Source: Candidatus Gastranaerophilaceae bacterium
Lineage (GTDB): Bacteria; Cyanobacteriota; Vampirovibrionia; Gastranaerophilales; Gastranaerophilaceae
Reading direction: 5' to 3'
Assembly (NCBI GenBank): GCA_031547505.1
Contig: JAVBRY010000225.1
Coordinates: forward strand, 1-38,169
Length of the DNA stretch: 38,169 nucleotides
The notes under the pieces are model-generated. The model was not told the DNA's origin. It ran no database searches and worked only from the letters and a program-made list of their open reading frames with translations. This document shows positions 34,313 through 38,169 of the stretch, one piece after another. Numbering within the stretch: position 1 is the first letter of the stretch; each line of letters starts with the position of its first letter. The position numbers and the translations under genes were made by a program.

Positions 34313-36300
34313 TTTGATTTAGACCGCAAATAGTCCGCTCTGGCTTTGATTTCTTTTTTTACAGATGCGTCGGTAGAATATTCCAAAAACTTTTCATAGT
34401 TCTCAATCGCCAGCGCAGAGTTGTTTTCTTTTTCATACGCCAACGCAAGAGCGTAGTATGCATAAGCATAATCAGGTTTTATTGAAATAGCTGTGCTCAG
34501 AACTTTCTTTGTTCTTTCCATGTTATTTTGTTCTGCATAACAGAGCCCTGCATTGAAAAGAGCATCAACGTTTTTCGGATTCAAAGTTATTATATATTCA
34601 TATTTTTCAAGCGCTTTTGTTGTGTCACCGCTGTTTTTGTAAGCATTTCCGAGCTTTAAAAGTGCATCTTCAGTGTTGTTGTTTATTACAAGCGCTTTTT
34701 CAAACTCAAGAATTGCTCCTTTGTAGTCTTTTGCTTTTACACAAATATCGCCCAGTCCGATATATGCTTCAATTTCAGCTTTATCTATCTCAAGAACCTT
34801 GCAGTATACGACTTTAGCTTCATCTAGTTTATTGTATTTTACTAAAAGTTCTGCATAATCGAGCAAAAGTTCTTTGTCATCAGGACTTACTTCCAGAGCA
34901 CGTTCATACTGTTCTATAGCTTTAGTTTTCACACCCAGCTCATCATACGAGCGTGCCATAGCTTTCATAGCATCAACATCGCCCTTGCTGAGTTCTGATG
35001 ATTGTTCATAACAGCTGATTGCTTTTTTCTGGTTGCCTGCTTTTGAATAAGCCTCACCTTGAGCAACATATGCTTTTGAGAGATATTCTTTTACTTTTGC
35101 TTCGGGCTTTTGAGCGTATAGATTTTTGTATATAGCAATTGCTTCCTCATAGCTTTTTGTTGCATGAAGAGCTATTGCTTTGTTAAATAGCAGATTGTAG
35201 TCATTCTTATTTGTTGCAAGCAGCTCGTCGTATACTTTTACAGCAGAAGTATAATCCTTGTTCAAGTGATAGCTTCTTGCGAGTTCTTTTTTGGCTTCGT
35301 CATAGTTTGGATTTATCTCGAGTGCCTTTGTATAATTTTCGATAGCCTGCTCGTAGTCATTTTGTTTTTGATACACAACAGCTAAATTGTAGTAAGCATT
35401 ATCATTTTTAGGATTGTACACTATATATTCTTTGTATTTTGCGATTGCTTCGTCATTTTTGCCCATGTCTGCAAGAAGATTTGCGTAATCAAACTTTAAA
35501 TCTTCCAAATTAGGATTGATTTCAAACGCTTTTTTAAACTGTGCAAGTGCCAAATCATCTTTGTCCAATTTCACATACGCAATCGCCATATTCCCGTAAG
35601 ACGCATAGTCATCAGGGTTTGCGGCTACAGCTTTTTTCAGCATTTCTACAGAGTTCGTGTAGTCACATGAACGAAGTAATGAAAGCCCATAGTTCGAGTA
35701 TTCTTTGAACCCTGACGGATTTCTTGTGTAAAGAGCCGCATACTCATCAGAAGCTTCTTGGTACTTTTCATTTTTTAAATAGATGGAAGCGAGATTCTCT
35801 CTGGCCTCAGTGTTATCGGGATAGTACCCGAGAAATGTTTTAAAATAGTTTGTGGCTTCTTCATAGTTATTTTGCAAGAATCTTACGTTTGCAAGATTCA
35901 AATAATTATACTTATATTCAGGGAAAATTGTCATGGCATGGTAGTATGCCTGAAAAGCGTTCTCATAGTCATTTTGCTGCTGCAAAATATTCCCCATGCT
36001 TATGTAAACAAGAGCATCGTTGGGCTTTAACTTTATGGCTTTTTTGTAAGCCACAAGAGCATTTTGCCAGTCACCGACTTCAGAATACAGTCCTCCCAGC
36101 TTAATATAAAGAATCGGTTCATCCGGAGAGGACTCGAGAGCTTTCTTAAGCTGTTCTATTGCCTGAATAAAATTGTATTGCTTTTCTAAAGTGTTAGCAG
36201 TTTGAAAATACTGATACGACTCATCAGACATTTTGGCACATACAGATGTTGTACCTATAGCCAGGGATAATGATAAAGCCAATAACAATTTGCATTTCAT
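34309..36300 (-). CDS. exported tetratricopeptide-repeat protein (663 aa)
   Basis: Signal peptide followed by more than 15 tandem 34-aa TPR units (recurrent A..Y.kAlei.P....a..nLg pattern). Confidence 0.85.
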   Translation of the reverse strand: MKCKLLLALSLSLAIGTTSVCAKMSDESYQYFQTANTLEKQYNFIQAIEQLKKALESSPDEPILYIKLGGLYSEVGDWQNALVAYKKAIKLKPNDALVYISMGNILQQQNDYENAFQAYYHAMTIFPEYKYNYLNLANVRFLQNNYEEATNYFKTFLGYYPDNTEARENLASIYLKNEKYQEASDEYAALYTRNPSGFKEYSNYGLSLLRSCDYTNSVEMLKKAVAANPDDYASYGNMAIAYVKLDKDDLALAQFKKAFEINPNLEDLKFDYANLLADMGKNDEAIAKYKEYIVYNPKNDNAYYNLAVVYQKQNDYEQAIENYTKALEINPNYDEAKKELARSYHLNKDYTSAVKVYDELLATNKNDYNLLFNKAIALHATKSYEEAIAIYKNLYAQKPEAKVKEYLSKAYVAQGEAYSKAGNQKKAISCYEQSSELSKGDVDAMKAMARSYDELGVKTKAIEQYERALEVSPDDKELLLDYAELLVKYNKLDEAKVVYCKVLEIDKAEIEAYIGLGDICVKAKDYKGAILEFEKALVINNNTEDALLKLGNAYKNSGDTTKALEKYEYIITLNPKNVDALFNAGLCYAEQNNMERTKKVLSTAISIKPDYAYAYYALALAYEKENNSALAIENYEKFLEYSTDASVKKEIKARADYLRSKSK

Positions 36301-36378
36301 GCTTTTAATTATCTAATTTAGCACCGCTTTTGTCAACCGACAGAAAATTGGCTGAAACGAAGTTTAAGCCTTATTTTC

Positions 36379-36454
36379 GTCGCCCCGGGCTTGACCCGGG
36401 GTCTCCGGTAAAGCCGGTCAAGATTGTGAGATTCCTACCCGCGCAGGAATGACG
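36379..36454. repeat. C-type element, truncated, fused to a short hairpin ending aatgacg
   Basis: gtcgccccgggcttgacccggggtctccgg-aagccggtc matches the reverse of the right end of 11831-11976. It is followed by ATTCCT-acccgcgc-AGGAAT-gacg. Confidence 0.75.
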
Positions 36455-36472
36455 ACACTATATTTAAAACAA

Positions 36473-36652
36473 TTACTTTGCACTAAAAAATCGAGAGCTG
36501 TGCCCGCCTTCTCCGATTTTAATTCTTACGGATTTCAGACATTTCGGGCACCTGCCTGTGTATGCGGTTCCGTCTTTATTTTTGTAAATACGGGAATACA
36601 CACCGCAGCAGTCAAACATTATGCCGATAAAATTGTTTTTATTTTCTTCCAT
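36473..36652 (-). CDS. 59-aa zinc-ribbon-like protein missing from the ORF track
   Basis: Hand-translated: [61 protein letters not shown]...CPKC arrangement. Same strand as, and 32 nt downstream of, the 410-aa gene. The overlapping + strand ORF 36449..36688 looks non-coding. Confidence 0.5.
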   Translation of the reverse strand: MEENKNNFIGIMFDCCGVYSRIYKNKDGTAYTGRCPKCLKSVRIKIGEGGHSSRFFSAK

Positions 36653-36684
36653 AATTGTATTCTAACATTTTTTGCCGTGAATGT

Positions 36685-37917
36685 TTAGAAGTACTCTCCA
36701 TTAGTTTTTGTCAGCTGTCTATACATTTCCATATTGCTGCCTAAATAAACTTCATCTTTGTCTGAATGTGTCCACACATTGAGAAACTCATTCGAATCTT
36801 CTATTTTTTTGTCAAAAGCGTGTTTAATCATTGTTTGTACAAATTTAAACTGTTTTTCAGGTCTCCAATTTTCAAAATCTTTTGAGATATCTTCTCTATT
36901 TTTAAGCTTCTCTTTTTTTAGTTTGGATAGTGTTTCTTGTTGAGTTATATTGCTATATTTATAAAGGCAGGAATTTTCAATAAGATTTTTCAAATCACCG
37001 TCTATGTTATTAATAAGAGTATTTTCGTCTTTTTTTTGGCGATAGTTTTCAATCAACATACAGGTCGCTAAAAAGTTATGTTTATGTTGTTTTTTAGAAA
37101 CTAAAATAAACGAATCTGGGCGATTTATCTCCTTTGCGAGTTCCATGTTGAAATCAGCAGCCTCAACAAAGTTCTTGTTAAGATTTTTAATATTGTTTTC
37201 AAATTTTTCTAACTTTTCTTTAGAAAAATTCTTTTCTTCAAAAATTCTTTCAGCTTCATTTATAAAATACTCGAACTCCTGCACAGAAATAACTTCCGGC
37301 AAATAAGTTATAGGTGCTTGTAATATAACCTGATTAGTATTGCAGCCTATGTTACATCGGTAGTTTTGAGTGTATTCGGGGTATTTAGTATTAATAAGGA
37401 TTGCCATCCCGTCCATATCGGAACCCGGCAGTGCAAGATTTTTAGCCGTAGAGCAGGAAGAATTAAATCCTGCATATAATGGGATGGAAGAAGTATTTTC
37501 AGCAAAATAATTTATGCTTTTAACCATTTCTTGCCGCATTTTTGAATTTACAAGATTTAAGTCAGGAAAACCTGTGAGCTCCTTATATTTTTGTACAAAA
37601 GCCTTTTGTTCATCGGGTTCAAAAGATTTTAAAATATTTAGAAATCTGTCGCACGCAGGATTAGGCTCCATATGCCCATTATCATAATTACAAACAGTAC
37701 CATAAGTACTTGACATCTTTTCCAATAAATTCGGTATTTCATCTATGCCGCATAATCTTTGTTTCATAGATATCGGAGCATAATAATGGTTTGAAATATC
37801 TGAAATATTTAATATTGAAGAATTATTTGCATGAAGATTATCATCACGCTCACCTTTAAAAGGTACAGTGGTACTATATTTTGGCTTAGTAATGTGAGGA
37901 GACAGCAATATTTTCAC
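36685..37917 (-). CDS. hypothetical protein with Pol-beta-type nucleotidyltransferase-like motif (410 aa)
   Basis: aa 148-176, YAGFNSSCSTAKNLALPGSDMDGMAILI, fits the G[SG]-x(9-13)-D-x-D-hhh minimal NTase signature. The rest is helical and Lys/Asn-rich. No family assignment is possible by eye. Confidence 0.55.
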   Translation of the reverse strand: MKILLSPHITKPKYSTTVPFKGERDDNLHANNSSILNISDISNHYYAPISMKQRLCGIDEIPNLLEKMSSTYGTVCNYDNGHMEPNPACDRFLNILKSFEPDEQKAFVQKYKELTGFPDLNLVNSKMRQEMVKSINYFAENTSSIPLYAGFNSSCSTAKNLALPGSDMDGMAILINTKYPEYTQNYRCNIGCNTNQVILQAPITYLPEVISVQEFEYFINEAERIFEEKNFSKEKLEKFENNIKNLNKNFVEAADFNMELAKEINRPDSFILVSKKQHKHNFLATCMLIENYRQKKDENTLINNIDGDLKNLIENSCLYKYSNITQQETLSKLKKEKLKNREDISKDFENWRPEKQFKFVQTMIKHAFDKKIEDSNEFLNVWTHSDKDEVYLGSNMEMYRQLTKTNGEYF

Positions 37918-38169
37918 AGAAGAGTTATCCTTTTATCTTGATAACGCTCCAAAATGAAAATACTTGCTACTTTTAAGCTTTTTGCTTAATTTTTTTTAAC
38001 AATCAATTAGACGACAAATACTCAGACAATCGCCCGATCTGTCTTGAAAAGAACACTAAAATATTATATTTATTAGTCAGTAAGAACCTGAGGCATATCA
38101 ACATCAGGTTTGCCCAGAACTCTAACCAATTCAAGGACTGATGCTTTCATCTGGCATTTTTGTGAAGTA

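Noticed and set aside
1434-36454. Possibility that the recurring repeats form a CRISPR array.
   Set aside because: Copies are scattered one or two per intergenic spacer, are not regularly spaced, differ in sequence and are separated by genes. No cas genes are present.
36449-36688. 79-aa plus-strand ORF from the track.
   Set aside because: Its sequence looks like translated non-coding DNA and it starts inside a repeat element. The opposite strand encodes a more plausible Cys4 zinc-ribbon ORF co-oriented with its neighbours.
36473-37917. Interpreting the NTase-like gene plus the downstream ORF as a CBASS-like defence operon.
   Set aside because: The partner is a 59-aa zinc ribbon, not a recognisable effector (phospholipase, nuclease or TM protein), and no Cap2/Cap3-like genes are present. 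The NTase call itself rests on one short motif.
38073-38169. Open minus-strand frame reaching the window edge and ending ...MKASVLELVRVLGKPDVDMPQVLTD-stop.
   Set aside because: Only about 31 codons are visible and no family is recognisable. It may be the 3' end of a gene lying beyond the window, but it cannot be supported.

Overview
AT-rich bacterial chromosomal window from a diderm organism. It may be a Vampirovibrionia/Melainabacteria-type relative of cyanobacteria, judged only from a DUF1822-like domain, a Ski2/HelY-type helicase, LptD-like and TonB_C-like proteins; this is unverified. The backbone is housekeeping genes: atpD-atpC, hisF, typA, scpB, a Ski2-like helicase, prmA, accA, accD, an LptD-like/M23 peptidase operon, glnA-dapF, an OppD-type ABC ATPase, a GHL10 hydrolase and a DnaJ-like protein. 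Between them sit small accessory genes of unknown function. No rRNA, tRNA, CRISPR array, transposase or integrase was seen. Main observations: (1) Almost every intergenic spacer holds a member of one superfamily of GTC-flanked hairpin repeats (REP/REPIN- or MITE-like). Stem sequences differ between copies but stay perfectly complementary, and short-loop units share the loop CTTGA. (2) Two apparently paralogous divergent cassettes pair a small XRE HTH protein with a ~70-aa helical protein; one cassette is bracketed by hairpin repeats and has a perfect palindrome over its promoter. (3) A sigma-like gene lies next to a 987-aa protein combining a DUF1822-like domain, an HxxxCxxC anti-sigma motif, a ~500-aa poly-acidic tract, a TM helix and a TonB_C-like domain. 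(4) A 410-aa protein with a Pol-beta nucleotidyltransferase-like motif is followed by a 59-aa zinc-ribbon ORF missing from the ORF track. (5) A secreted, tail-anchored protein is built from six copies of a 21-22 aa unit. All coordinates of non-ORF features were hand-counted and may be off by 1-2 nt.
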